NCBI GenBank assembly: GCA_026914245.1
Contig: CP110440.1
Span: 2,542,001-2,606,000, forward strand
Direction: 5' to 3'
Source: Puccinia triticina
Lineage: Eukaryota
Length of the DNA stretch: 64,000 nucleotides
The position numbers and the translations under genes are program-made. Of this stretch, positions 38,938 through 50,939 are shown piece after piece; position 1 is the first letter of the stretch, and each line of letters begins with the position of its first letter. The notes beneath the pieces are model-generated. The model saw only the letters and a program-made list of their open reading frames with translations. It made no database searches and was not told where the DNA came from.

Positions 38938-40597
38938 ATGTCTGAGAATTCTACTGCCAACCCTCCCGGTGAGGGAGCGCCCAACGGCGGTGCCTCCAAC
39001 GCCAACAAGGACGAATCATGGATCACGCGCCTGGTGGATGTTTTGGTTCCTCGATTCCAAACCGCGGGTGGCGATTCGGCAATGCAGACTGATGTTGGCG
39101 GCAAGTTGATTCATACTCCAACTATTCCCATACGGGTAGTCTTCTGACTTGTGAGGGCCAACGCAGAGGAGGGGCAGGAACCGACCAACAATGGACCCGG
39201 AGAGGCGCCCGATGAAGTGACGTTGGATCCTAAATTCGTTGTGGAAGAGGCGAGGAAGGAAAGGAATTCGGTGCAAGAGGCTGCAAACCAGCGTCGAGTT
39301 CGCCAGCGCGCGACCAGGATCGCACAGAAAGGGGCCCTTGCGGAACATTGCGATAAGTACTCTCGGGGCATCCAAGGGTTTGTGAAGTTCTTTCTTGGAG
39401 GTCCGGAGAAGCTTCAAGATTATCCCCCTGCTCCAACACCAAAAGAACTCGAAGACCTCTATTGGGTTGAAAAGAGGACTCGCACAATCTTAACACAACT
39501 CGAGCGAATTCGGGAAGCCCTGTCCGACAAAACTGTCGCCGAGCAAGATTACTGTGTTTCCGTTGCCGAAAAGGAGATTCGCAAGAATGTGGTTTTGCCG
39601 GTATTCACACCAGCTTCGCAAAAGGACCACACCCCCAATGCCGTTAAACCTATCACCTTGCACACAAAATCTGATGTGGAAAGGGCTCTGGCATTGGCAG
39701 GCATTTCAAGAGCCACTTTTGAATGGGAAGCGGGCCCCGAATCCGCGTGGAACTCCACGATTGTCGAGGTACTGGCGAACAGGTCCGTTGACTGGCTGCG
39801 TCGCACTATGCCATTATCCGAGGAGCAAGCCGGCCAAGCCCCGGCAATCATCAAACGATGGCTCCACACAAAGTCGCGGGAGATGCGGGATTTCACCAGG
39901 ATGGGCCCTGACGCATTTGAGAAGAAGAAAGCATCTAAGGCTACCAAGGCGCAATACCAACGATGGCGAAAGAAAGTGAGTTAGCACCCTGATCTGACCG
40001 TTGTTGTCATTTCGTTGACATTGCGGCCTGATTCGGAAGATCTGGGAGAACCGATGTGCGATGGTCGACAAAGTGTTCAAGCACAACATCACATTGGCGC
40101 ATGTTGTGGAACAGAAGGAGTGCGGCTCTGACATCGAAGATGGGCCTGAGGGTGACGCACCCATCAAGTTGATCCCCGATTGGCGAAGCGCTCACCTCAC
40201 CACAGTCCTCCACAGCCTTGACAAGATGGTGATTGCCCAAGCGCGACATCACAAGACTGTTACAACGAACGACAGACTCTATGCTCGATCAAAGCGCAAC
40301 TTCATCAGAACGAAAGGCATCTCGGCTGTGCCGCATGGCTTACCGCTCGATTGCTACAACACGGCTTATTGGAAACTGTTGAGTCAATACGAGCAGCAAA
40401 CAATTTCGAAGGCACCACCATGCGGGCTTGAACTCATTGCTCAGGACATCGAAAGGCTCTGCCAGCGTAATGCTAACTCAGCTCCGAATGCTCCACCTGC
40501 GAATCCAGCGTTGGCTCACCCTGGGGCTCCTTTCACAGGCAGCAGTATGACAGCCGGGCCTAGCGCGGGTGTTGGCGGGACGATGAATGTAGACTAG
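38938..40597 (+). CDS. Unknown 'WRS...LPxxCY' protein, paralog 2 (transposon accessory)
   Basis: Three exons (first intron appears GC-AG near 39101); FEWEAGPESAWN, IPDWRSAHL...LD, PHGLPLDCY. Confidence 0.8.
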
Positions 40598-40900
40598 TCT
40601 TTTTATCTGTTTCTGCGGTCGGGCCCTCCCTTGTGATGAATGAGGATCTCTTGTCTTGCGTGCAGCAATGGAAGCTCAAATGTGTTGGGCCGAAGGACCC
40701 CATGCTACGCCAAATGCATGCGTGGTGCCATCAGTTGTGGGTAAACTTGGTTTTTGTGCGCGCCTAGTCCCAACTGTGATTTAATGGTGGACGAGGACTA
40801 GACTGGCTGCCATATTTGAAGAGGTGTGTGGTGTTGCACCGGATATGTCTCAAGGGGTCCGGATCAGAGGGCAGTTGAGTTGTTGGTCAACGCTGTGCGA

Positions 40901-40938
40901 TGTCCACCCTGACGTTCGCGCGAACGTCAGGGTGGACA
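40901..40938. repeat. Perfect 38-bp palindrome, copy 2
   Basis: Identical to 33573-33610. Confidence 0.98.
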
Positions 40939-41421
40939 AACATCAGACAGCCGCACAATGGGGTTCGGGGACACTTCCCCCTACAGACCCCCGATGCGCG
41001 GTCACCAGCGGGTCTTGCACTCCCGCCCGTGCTGGACATTGGGCCCAGCCAGACGTGAGTCACAAGCTCCATGCATCTCACCCCACTGTACATGCAAAGC
41101 ATCTGCGGGTGCACCTGAGCCGCAAACCTCCCTCAGTCTGTGACGCGCAAAATTCACAAAAATCGCAGCGTCAGCGCGCGATCAGCTTGCATGTGATGAC
41201 CTGTACTATCCCCCGCGATAGGTCAGCACAGGTTCAAAGGATATCGCGCTCCTCACAAAGGCACCAGCCAACAACGGCCTCCACGTCTGGCCAGGCATTC
41301 AAAAGAGGCCGTGTCTTGTTGTTTCCCCACCCAAGTCAATTTCGCCCCCATTTTGTAAGCCTTCACTTCTTGTCCTCGCCTTCTATCTCCCTCTTCACGT
41401 TCTCCCACCCGCGACTCCCCC

Positions 41422-43893
41422 ATGGAACCAGGAACCCTCGTCATGGATCCAGCCATTCCCGCAAATGTCTCAGGTCCACCCGAAGATCCTGATCCTTCCA
41501 GTCATGATCCCGAGGGGAACACCCCACCCCCTAGTAAGTTGGATATCATCCACCCGACAAACTTCAGCCGGAAGTTCTCACCAATTACGCCCACAGCCCA
41601 ACAGGACCTTGATCAAAACAATCCACCACCGTTCAGACCCGCCCCAAGTTTTGCGGAGTTTCTTGTCCGGTCCAGAGACGCCGGGCCACCGGCCTCGCTT
41701 GAACCCGCCGACGCCATCCTTGATAGCGAGATCCAAGAAATCACACCGGAAGAGTTTATGCGCTCCATCACAACCGCTACGAATGCCGCTGCCAGCCTCC
41801 TTCAGCTCAAACTCCCACGGAGCTGCAAACGCCTAGCTGCCGATCTAGCAACTTCGATTCGCAGCAGTAAGCGAGGTAAGCGCATTCCAGCATCACCAAG
41901 GGCTCATTGGTTACACCAATTGATAGCCATTTGCAGCGTTTGAGGAAACAGGACTTGTGCCTGATGATGAGGCGATTCGTATCCGCCCACCTCCGAAGCC
42001 GATGTCGAGCTCAATGTCAACCTCACCCGCCGTTTCCCGCAACATACCCCCCAAAAAACGTACACCAAAGGCCCGGTCCATCAAGCCTGTCGATCTGCTG
42101 GCCAAGACCGCGAATGGGGCCTCAGGCAGCACTCTGGGAGGCCAGAGCGACATCACTGGCACCGCAGATCTGAACCACAGTAGGAACACCAGCAACTCCG
42201 ACACCCCAGACACTCACGAACCCACACTACCTTCTCCTGGCCGCGAGAGTAATAGCATACCAAGCATCACATTGACCCGTCCGTCCCCTGAGCCTTCTGC
42301 AGGCACCGACCCAACCGAGCAACCTCCACATACTACCACGGAAGTCCTCTCCCCTGCTCCGACATCAGTCACGGCTGCATCTGACGCCACGGGCCCCGCT
42401 CAAACAGAAACAGTTCCTGTCCGCCATTCGGACTCAGAGGCGGCCCTCGCTGCTCAAACAGACCTCACCAGTCACCCTGCTCAACCAGCTTCCAACTTGC
42501 AAGAACTTGCGGCTCCCGGCAACTCCCAGATCGTCAGCATTACCAACAGCCCCCTCACCATAATTCTTTCCGATGACATCAGAACCGAAGTTGTGAAGAT
42601 TCACCGGGAACTTCATGGATCAAAACCCAGTTGGGACAAATACCATGCCACTTGGAAATCCCTAACTCCATTGCTTCAAACTTGCGCTCGCTCGATGCAG
42701 GCACTACCTCCGGCCAACATCCCTTTCCAATTTGAACGTACAACCTGTACCTACACCAATTGGATCAAATCTATAAGCGGTGCTGGTGGGTGTTGCACAG
42801 TTTGTTTGCTCTCCCTCTACTTGTGACTAACCAATCCGTCCCTGCCTATCCAGCACCCCAGTTTCTGTCTCCGGCCAACAATGAACAGTGGAACTGTCCC
42901 GACATCATTGATTTTCCGCTTCTCTCAAAATTTCGTAACCTGGACAATACCCTTCCCCCGCAGTCATTCATACCTACAGTCACCAAAACAGCCCATCCGG
43001 AGTCCACCCTTGTACGTTTCCTCCATCGGCTCAGTCACCCCCCGCCCAGTGTCCACACGGAATGGGCCAAGCTGGTTGCGGCATCTGTGGACGTCATGGC
43101 CGAAAACTTGTTTCAACCCCCGCCAGTGACCTATGATGATGGCGATGATCGATTGACGCAGGGCGTGCACGTGCTTCAGTATCTTGAAAAGCAGAAGGGT
43201 TGCTCGTCGAGCTTTGACACCACGCCGCAAGATGATGCCAATTGCAACAACCCAGCCGATCAGCCCTTGCCCCGATCACATTCTCTTGATGTTCTCACCG
43301 AATTTCGAGATCTGATTATTGATGTCATAATGGCCTACGTTATCATCCAAACCCATGCGATCAGCGAGCCGCCATTGTCCCAAGCCCAGAAAAAGTCCAA
43401 CCAGCGAGCACATCAAACAAAGTCAGCTCGTCAAACTCAGACAGTCTTGCGAACTCAGCAAGCCGCCTCAGCTGTGAGCAAAGATGCTCCAGATGTCCAT
43501 CTCCAACTCCGCTCGTATTCGAAGAAGCAGAATTTCCAACCGCTCGTATATTTTGTACTTGGGGGAGTTCGCGGTCTCTTCATCGCATCAAGGAATTACC
43601 GCGTTGCCGGAATCACCGAATGCATGTCATTCATTCAGGCAATATTGATCATATCCCAACGTTCAACCACCGCACGCATCCCGGGAGAGCGCATTTGGAA
43701 GAATCTATCCGCACTGCTTGTCCAGCTACTGAGACCGATATTTCAATCCACCAACTTGATCTCCCCAAACATCCACCTGCCCAGTCGTCACGCAATTGCG
43801 GAGGCAATCACCAATGATTTTCTCCTTCACTGGCAGACTTCAAACCCGACACTGCCTTTCCTCCTCCCGCTCTCCAACCGAGATGCTCCATAG
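41422..43893 (+). CDS. Large hypothetical protein with disordered Pro/Ser/Thr N-half and helical C-half; transposon cargo
   Basis: ORFs 41422-41943, 41957-42826 and 42760-43893 joined by plausible GT-AG introns (~41875-41936, ~42780-42853). Confidence 0.75.
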
Positions 43894-44271
43894 TGGATGC
43901 ATCCGTTTTGCGCCATGCCATATTTGTTCCACATCCACTCTCTCATCTTCTGTCTGCCGTCATGTGGCTTAAGCTTTCCCTGTATCTAAATGTGTCATTG
44001 TTTGTGAAGAGCGGGAATCTTGTAACCCACAACCCCCATTGAAGTTGAATGTGTGTTTCATAGTGATACCCATGACTTGATTCCTGCCTGCTGAGTCCGA
44101 TAACACATTGCGCTGCAGGTGCCCTCAGAACCAACCGATACAATCGCAGGTGGCTGCATTGTGGATTGGACCGTCAGGGTTATCAACCTGACCCGTATGA
44201 CGTGAGATTGTCTCATCCCACCCTCCCAAGTGGCTCTCGCGGCTCAAATGTCAGTCTTTGACCCTGTGAAC

Positions 44272-45531
44272 TCATGAGGCTTGCAACCAGTCACATCCGA
44301 TCATGCTATCTGGGTCCCCATCCATTAGTCCTAAGCAATGTCGCTGGCGATGACATACTTCAGGCAGATATCCCCCATTCAAAAGTGTAGAGTTGAGAGT
44401 GGGGAAATTTCCGGAGGCGCCAAACCCAAACATGTATCTCACAAATATACAGACATTTGCATTTGCAATCCGAGAAGAAGACATATCGTCTGATTGGCAT
44501 CATGGCAAAAAGAGTCGGATATTTGTGCAGGAAGAGATGGTGAAGATGCAACACGTGCAGCATACAAATGCTCTGTAGCCGACTCCTTCTCAAAAATCCT
44601 CTCCTCTTGCTTCATCGTTTCGAAACCGCTGCCTTGAGGTTGAATCGCTCTTTTGGGTTGTTTCTCAAGCCGTATTTCGTTTTTGCGCCTCTGGATAGTT
44701 TCACACAATGCTCGACCTACGAAGAAGGTTATTCATCTTAAGTCAGCCTCAGGACTGGACATTCTACCGAGGGTTCCTCCTTACACCTATCGCAACCATT
44801 TCACTCCTTGGATTTGATGCCCTCCCAGCAACACCACCAAACCTGATCACATCTCCCCGTGCCACGCTTCGAAATGTTTCGTGCGCCTGCGCATGCGTTG
44901 GTGTTAACTTGATCCTGCGCCGCTTGGACTGCAATGAAGATATAGATGAGCTGAGACACCATTTCAAAGTTCAAGATGACAGGTTATGGGTTTGCTAAAA
45001 ATATGAGTCCTGGTAGATCCTCACCATGTTCATTCCTGGATCAACACATTCCACATCGCCTACGCAGCCAACCATGTTCCGGTGGACTTTCACAACATGT
45101 CCAGTTCCAAAAGCATGGGCATGCTCGAATTCGGGCGCAAGGGGAAAGTGGCCACGGTGAACTTGCCAGTCGCCCCGCTCCACGCAAATCATTGGCTGTC
45201 CGTTAGGGTCAATTACGAGCTGGCCTGTGAAGAAGACCTGGGTGAACGCGTCATGAAGAATTGCTGGAACCGCTGACGAGGTCGACTTGAGGATGATTAG
45301 ATATCTTTGGAAGGCTGAATCTGGGGTCTCTGGGGGCAGCGGATAGGATGCGAGGCAGATCTTCAAATGGATGTTATCACCTCCACCATATATATTGGCT
45401 GGGGTGGTGTTGGCGAGATGAATGTTTCCGCAAACCTCTATCATGATGAGTGCACTAACTACGACAGACGAGGACACAATGATGTGTTGAACTTCATATG
45501 GTGAGAAGCGGCGCAACTGGAGCGAATTCAT
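44272..45531 (-). CDS. Hypothetical multi-exon protein, beta-rich; transposon cargo
   Basis: ORF 44995-45531 with ATG plus downstream same-strand ORFs 44764-44967 and 44272-44484; exon structure not resolved. Confidence 0.5.
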
Positions 45532-46740
45532 GTACCGTTGGACTGCACGTTTAACTCTCCATTTGTCCCTTTGTCACAAAAACACACGGAAAGGGCCACT
45601 TGGTCCCCTTGTGGCCCTGTCCTGTTCCTCCCCACAAATCCGCAATATTCCGCATAAAAACATTTGGTCCTTTCCCTTTGCCTCAACTTCAACGGTAGTT
45701 CATGATTCTCTGATCTTACCACATTATTGATGTCATTGCATTTTTCTTTGGGTCATGCACAAAGTCGCCCCACCCACTTTCCCTTTCAAGCAGATTGGAC
45801 ATTGCAGATAACCCTCTTCCCGCTCCTATGACTTGCTCTCAAGGCCAATCATCAACCTATGTTATGTATTCCTCGACGTGTGCGCACATGTCATAGTGGT
45901 CGTTTTGTTGCCATTCTTGCACCGACATCTTACATTCACCCGGGATGCCAAGCCCTTCTTGGATCAAGAATCCGCAAAAGACCGCCGGGAGATGGGCCAG
46001 TGGACCATTTCTCCCCTGGTTCCAGTAGTGGAGCATGCGCGACGAGTTATGCCGCACTGCATGTGCTCCACAACAGGCGAATCAGAGTGGATATTCATGC
46101 TAAAGCCAACGGTGCTTCTTACGTACAGGCAGCGTCAACGCGTCTGTGCTCGTCTGTACCTCGTAGCGTACATGTATGCTTGCTCAACATCTTGGCACAT
46201 GTATGATTTCCTTGATGTCAATGTCTCTCGTGAACATGCAATCAGCCCAGGGCAGAAGAGACTTCCGCAAGGGTCCCCTTGAGTTGGAGCTCCCGTATGC
46301 ATTTTCCGGAGTCCAGGGAGACATCTCGTGCTGACTGTACATAAGGAGGCGAAGACTCTACTGCTGCGTGCAGATTGAGGTCGGACGCATACAGACTATG
46401 TGTGCATCGCACTCACAAGCAGCACATCACATCACCCTGGATAGCCCTGGATGCAGGCAAATCTGTCCGGGGTGAGATCAGCTGAACAACACATGAATTG
46501 TTTTTGTTTCACATTACATACATACAAACATCTTTCTGCGTAATGTCATCTGTATAATGGCTGCCTGAAACTAAGGGCCCGTCTGAAGGAACACCCCTGT
46601 TTGCCTGCTGATACCATTTGGACGAACCGACAGGGTGAGGTTTGGCATATGTTTGCTGACTGAGACTCCGAGTGTTCCCAATTTCACCCACAATAGCCCA
46701 AAATGTGCTGTTGACAGCCACATGCATGGGCTTGCGCAGA

Positions 46741-46778
46741 TGTCCACCCTGACGTTCGCGCGAACGTCAGGGTGGACA
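46741..46778. repeat. Perfect 38-bp palindrome, copy 3
   Basis: Identical to copies 1 and 2. Confidence 0.98.
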
Positions 46779-49346
46779 AACACAGCACCAGGGTTGACAA
46801 CGTTGGGCCACAGCCCTTTGAAGGGGTGAAGACTTGCATGGCATAACCATTAAAATTGTTCCTATGGTCCGCCAACACTGGAGGACTTCCCGTCGGAATC
46901 TGCGGGTCTCCCAGAAGTGATCTGGACCCCAAAAAGCTAGATTTCCCTGCAAAAATCTAGACTTTTCGGGTCTCTATTGACATCTCGAGAGTCCCAGATC
47001 GCACGGGAAGTCCTCCACTTATTGGTACAGCACACCGATGTTTGATATCCCCAGCCCCATCATCCATCATCTCACGCAGCTTTACCAAATATGTCATGAA
47101 CACTAACCCGATCCCACCTTTGTGCAAGCTTCTCCGGCAAGCTTCTGCGGCATGGCCGTCTACTCCACTTCGGCAAGGTTCTTACCCAATTGGTCTTGGA
47201 TACCTCCTTTGTCACATTAGCAAGCAGTAGAGTTCCAGAACCGCCACCTGCAATGACATCCAGCCCCTGTGAGGCCATCAGTCTTTGCACAAAAGAAATT
47301 GTTCTGGTGGCGACTCTGACAATCGCGCACCAGCCCGCCTGCTCTAACGTGTGCCGAGAAGGTGTAACAACGGAATACGCCTGATTCAGCAAAGGTTTCA
47401 CACACTGATTCCCGTCGCATTCCACCCTACTCGCACCTGGCTGCTTGAAGCCTTCCAAGACACCATCTTGGTTCCGTTGACCGGGAGCCATGACACATTG
47501 CTTACAACTTGCTCCATAACCACTCTCTCTCTCTTGGAGATCTGTCTTCAATCTCTCCCACCAATGAATCTTCCATTGTTGTCGGTCTCACCAGACTGTC
47601 ATCTGCTTGCTCTCTGTTGGTCTCAGATAATCACATAATTTGGCTGCCGGCGCGCTACCTTTGGATTCATCGGCAGTTAGTTGTCTGCTCCTCAGATATA
47701 CTTCCCTCTTTTCTTTCCCACTCCACATTTTGTCTGATATCAAGATCTGTTTCTCTGGAGTGGATAGTGCAGTAAATCTGGAGTATGCCACATCTACCTC
47801 CATAGGATGCACCTCATCCCCTTATGCTCAACCCAGGGGCAGTGCAGTTGGTATTACAATGGGTTATGCGATGGCTCCCCAGACTTAAGCACGACTATTG
47901 TGATTCAATTTATGATCAGGAACTCGCAGGGACAATCCTTCAGAAAGTCACTTGTGAGTTGTGAATTGTAAGCTTCTATTTCGTATGAAAGACACAAAAT
48001 CTTCCGGAATCCAGTGTGTCTGGAACAGGCACCTCATCAGAATGGGTAAAAACTTTATGAGATGGGGGCAAGGACACACCTACAAAAGTGAGGGCTGGCC
48101 CACCACACCCGACCAACAACCCTATCTACCCACTGCGCCTCTGAACCCTCACCACAACCCAAATTCAAACAGCAGATGACCAATCACAAAACTCCTCTCC
48201 CGCATCAATCACCATGTCCAACTTTCCTATGGCCCATGGTCCTTGCATCATTTACCCACCCCCCGTGATGGTCTACCTGGATCAGAGTTTTCCTGTGACA
48301 CAATATTGCCATCAAGCAACAAACACAGAACAGGGAAATGTGTTCTACACCTGTTCACTGGAATTAAATTGCACCTTTGGTCCACAAAGTGCCTGCATAC
48401 ACAGTAAAAACGGGCATTGACAGCTGGAGAACATCTTCAAACTGTGGGAAACCGTCCTGGAGCTCTGACGAAGGTCAATGGGAAGACTTAGTTTGAATAT
48501 GATGATCCCGAAGCATGACTACCAGCTGTCGCCTGCATGTTCATCTACCCAGGTCATGTGTGTTGGTTGCTTGACTTATGTTGAGCAAATATTCACAATC
48601 AATTATCACCAATATTAAATCACCGGTCAGTCACACTGGAAATGGTGTGGGCATGGTTGGCCCAAATTCTCTTCTTGTGATAACTGTTTGCTCGATTTCC
48701 CCATTTGAGATCATCACCACCAACATAACTGGGAATGGATGATGATTTGAATGACATGACATTGGTAGGTTGGATCACCACTCTGATTTCCAGAAGGCCT
48801 CAAAATGCACAGATCATCGGCAATGTACACATCGGCATCATCTGTGGTCAGTTGTCCTTCTGTCCTGACTTCCACATCTTCCTGGATCTCATAAAACACC
48901 AGGGGGGCCTCTTGCTCTTCAAACTACATCTTTGAATCTCATGATCATGACATTGGACAACACTTGGCTGCCCTCTGACTGACACATATAACATGGTTGT
49001 TCTTTCACAACAAATGATGAAGTTGAGGGCGGGTGCTGTAATGTCTTGTGTCTAGTGGACATGAGATCCCGTCAAGCAATTGGTGGCATAAAAAACCAGA
49101 TGGATGCAGCAAATCAAACAGTACGTCGTGTTGATGTAGATTGAAAACCTGTTACCCTTGTCCTCCTATCTGCTAGTGGTTTGTGATGGTTCAACTCAAA
49201 TCAACTTTGCCACATAATTTTCCGGTAGCTCACTTATTGGTTAGAGAAGACATAAGCCGGAGTTCAACAGCAGATGAGCATTAGTCAGGCTTGATTTACG
49301 CATGCACAACCGGTTGACTTCTGGGAAAGTTACAGAAAGAAATCAT

Positions 49347-49389
49347 AGTATGGCACTCTGTAGAAAGTGCCACACATTCCCCCCTGGTG
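49347..49389 (-). repeat. Right TIR of the giant transposon
   Basis: agtatggcactctgtagaaagtgccacacattcccccctggtg followed by ATA. Confidence 0.95.
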
Positions 49390-49392
49390 ATA

Positions 49393-50032
49393 TGCCCGCC
49401 GGCGTGATCTTCCTCAAGAAGTCTTGGATGATGATGACAGACACTGGGATCAGCTTGGCGACCACAACCAATTTCTGTGTCACCGAGTCCAACATTTTTC
49501 CAAGCAATTTTTCCACGAAAATGCCGATATCATGAAGTCGTTTGGCATCCCGAGTTGGTCCAACAATGAATGGAACGAATTTGAACAAGAATGTGACGGG
49601 ATCTTCTCTAGTGCGATGATAACTCATTCAAACTTTTCAAACAACCCTCACAAGGATAACGATCTGAACCCATGGACATACGGTCTATTCAGCTACATCA
49701 ACCCATTGACAGGCCTTCCCATTTCCCCTGACAACTTGGCTCCAGGACATGTGTTTTGGTTTCCTGAATTCAACTGTGAGATTGACTTTGGAACATCTCC
49801 AGGGATCATCGAGCTGTTATGGGCAAGTAACTCTGTTGAACACCAGACTAAATATCCACCAGCTCCGATGCAATCAACTCCTACAATGACACATTACGGA
49901 TCCTCTTTTCAAATTAGCAAGCCTTTGATGTATAGAGCTATTAAGTTAAAGAACATGGCTGCTGAAGAAAGAAAAAAAAAATACCCTTTGCCAACAGAAA
50001 AGAAAACAACTAGAAATTTCCAGGTTTGTTGA
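49393..50032 (+). pseudogene. 3' catalytic part of the TET/JBP-like dioxygenase gene
   Basis: FGIPSW, FSSAMITHSNFSNNPHKDND (HxD), FWFPEFNCEIDF, ELLWASNSVEHQT (distal H), HYGSSFQI: fungal Tet-like 2OG-Fe(II) oxygenase pattern. Confidence 0.8.
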
Positions 50033-50939
50033 AAAAATGAAATAGTCATGTGTTAATTTCCATCAGATTTTGTTTAAATCACTTAGTTATTCATAAATCT
50101 TTTCTCATTTTGAATATGTCCAAGAAGAATTTTCAAATTTTATTAACTTCCCAGTGTCAGATTTGTGTGAGAATACAAATGATGTTTTTATTCTTATTAA
50201 ATTTTCCAAAACAGGGGGTGAAGAAACATCAATTTACTGTGCAGGTTATTAGATCCCTTATAATACAGATAGAAATCATGAAAAGCTTTTAAATACCTCA
50301 AAGGTGTGCATGGCACTTTCCAAGGGTGGCCTGAATTTTACCTTAAAGACTTCTATGGTACACCTTGGAGGTAACTAAAATTCTACTCAAAAAATTATCT
50401 TGTCTTTTCTAATAACAATATGTTGTAGGAGATAAATGGAGAAATTAAACAGATTCTTGAAGAATCAACTCCCAAAAATTAAAGTTCAAACTCCCAATGG
50501 GAGTGGACAACCTGAGTAGCCAAATTTGATGTCCACCTGGTCCCCACAACCATTTTTTCTCTGGGAAATAACTGGGAGTTGCCTTTGAATACAAATTCTG
50601 ACTAATTGTTTGGGAGTCAGGATTTTCATTTTGAAAAGAATCCCAAAAATAAAGAAAAATTCAAAACTCTTCACTGAGCCACCCAAAGCATACCAGGTCT
50701 TTAGAGTGGTAAGAAAGGCCTCTCAAGAGGACATAGTGAGCTGCATGGAATTTGCACACCACAGGAAAGAGGTGTTCTAGTGTGGGTCCAATTTGGCAAG
50801 TGTCCTACTAAAGAAAACTACTCACCAAAACCTTAGCCAGGTTTCCCCAAAGGGCATCAAAATTTCATTACATTGATAAAATTGCTTTTCCCTAGAATAT
50901 TTAGCTTCTAGGCAGTATCAGACCAAGATGTATAGTGTA

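Larger units (their letters stand above)
28796..49389. mobile_element. Giant (20,594 bp) CACTA/En-Spm-superfamily DNA transposon with cargo genes
   Basis: 43-bp TIRs CACCAGGGGGGAATGTGTGGCACTYTCTACAGAGTGCCATACT at 28796-28838 and 49347-49389 (1 mismatch); 3-bp TSD ATA at 28793-28795 and 49390-49392; internal Tnp2-type transposase; excision restores the host reading frame. Confidence 0.95.

Noticed and set aside
33573..46778. 38-bp palindromes as independent MITE insertions or linker artefacts
   Set aside because: No consistent TSD or spacer and no resemblance to adapters I recognise; not fully excluded without a genome-wide search and raw reads.
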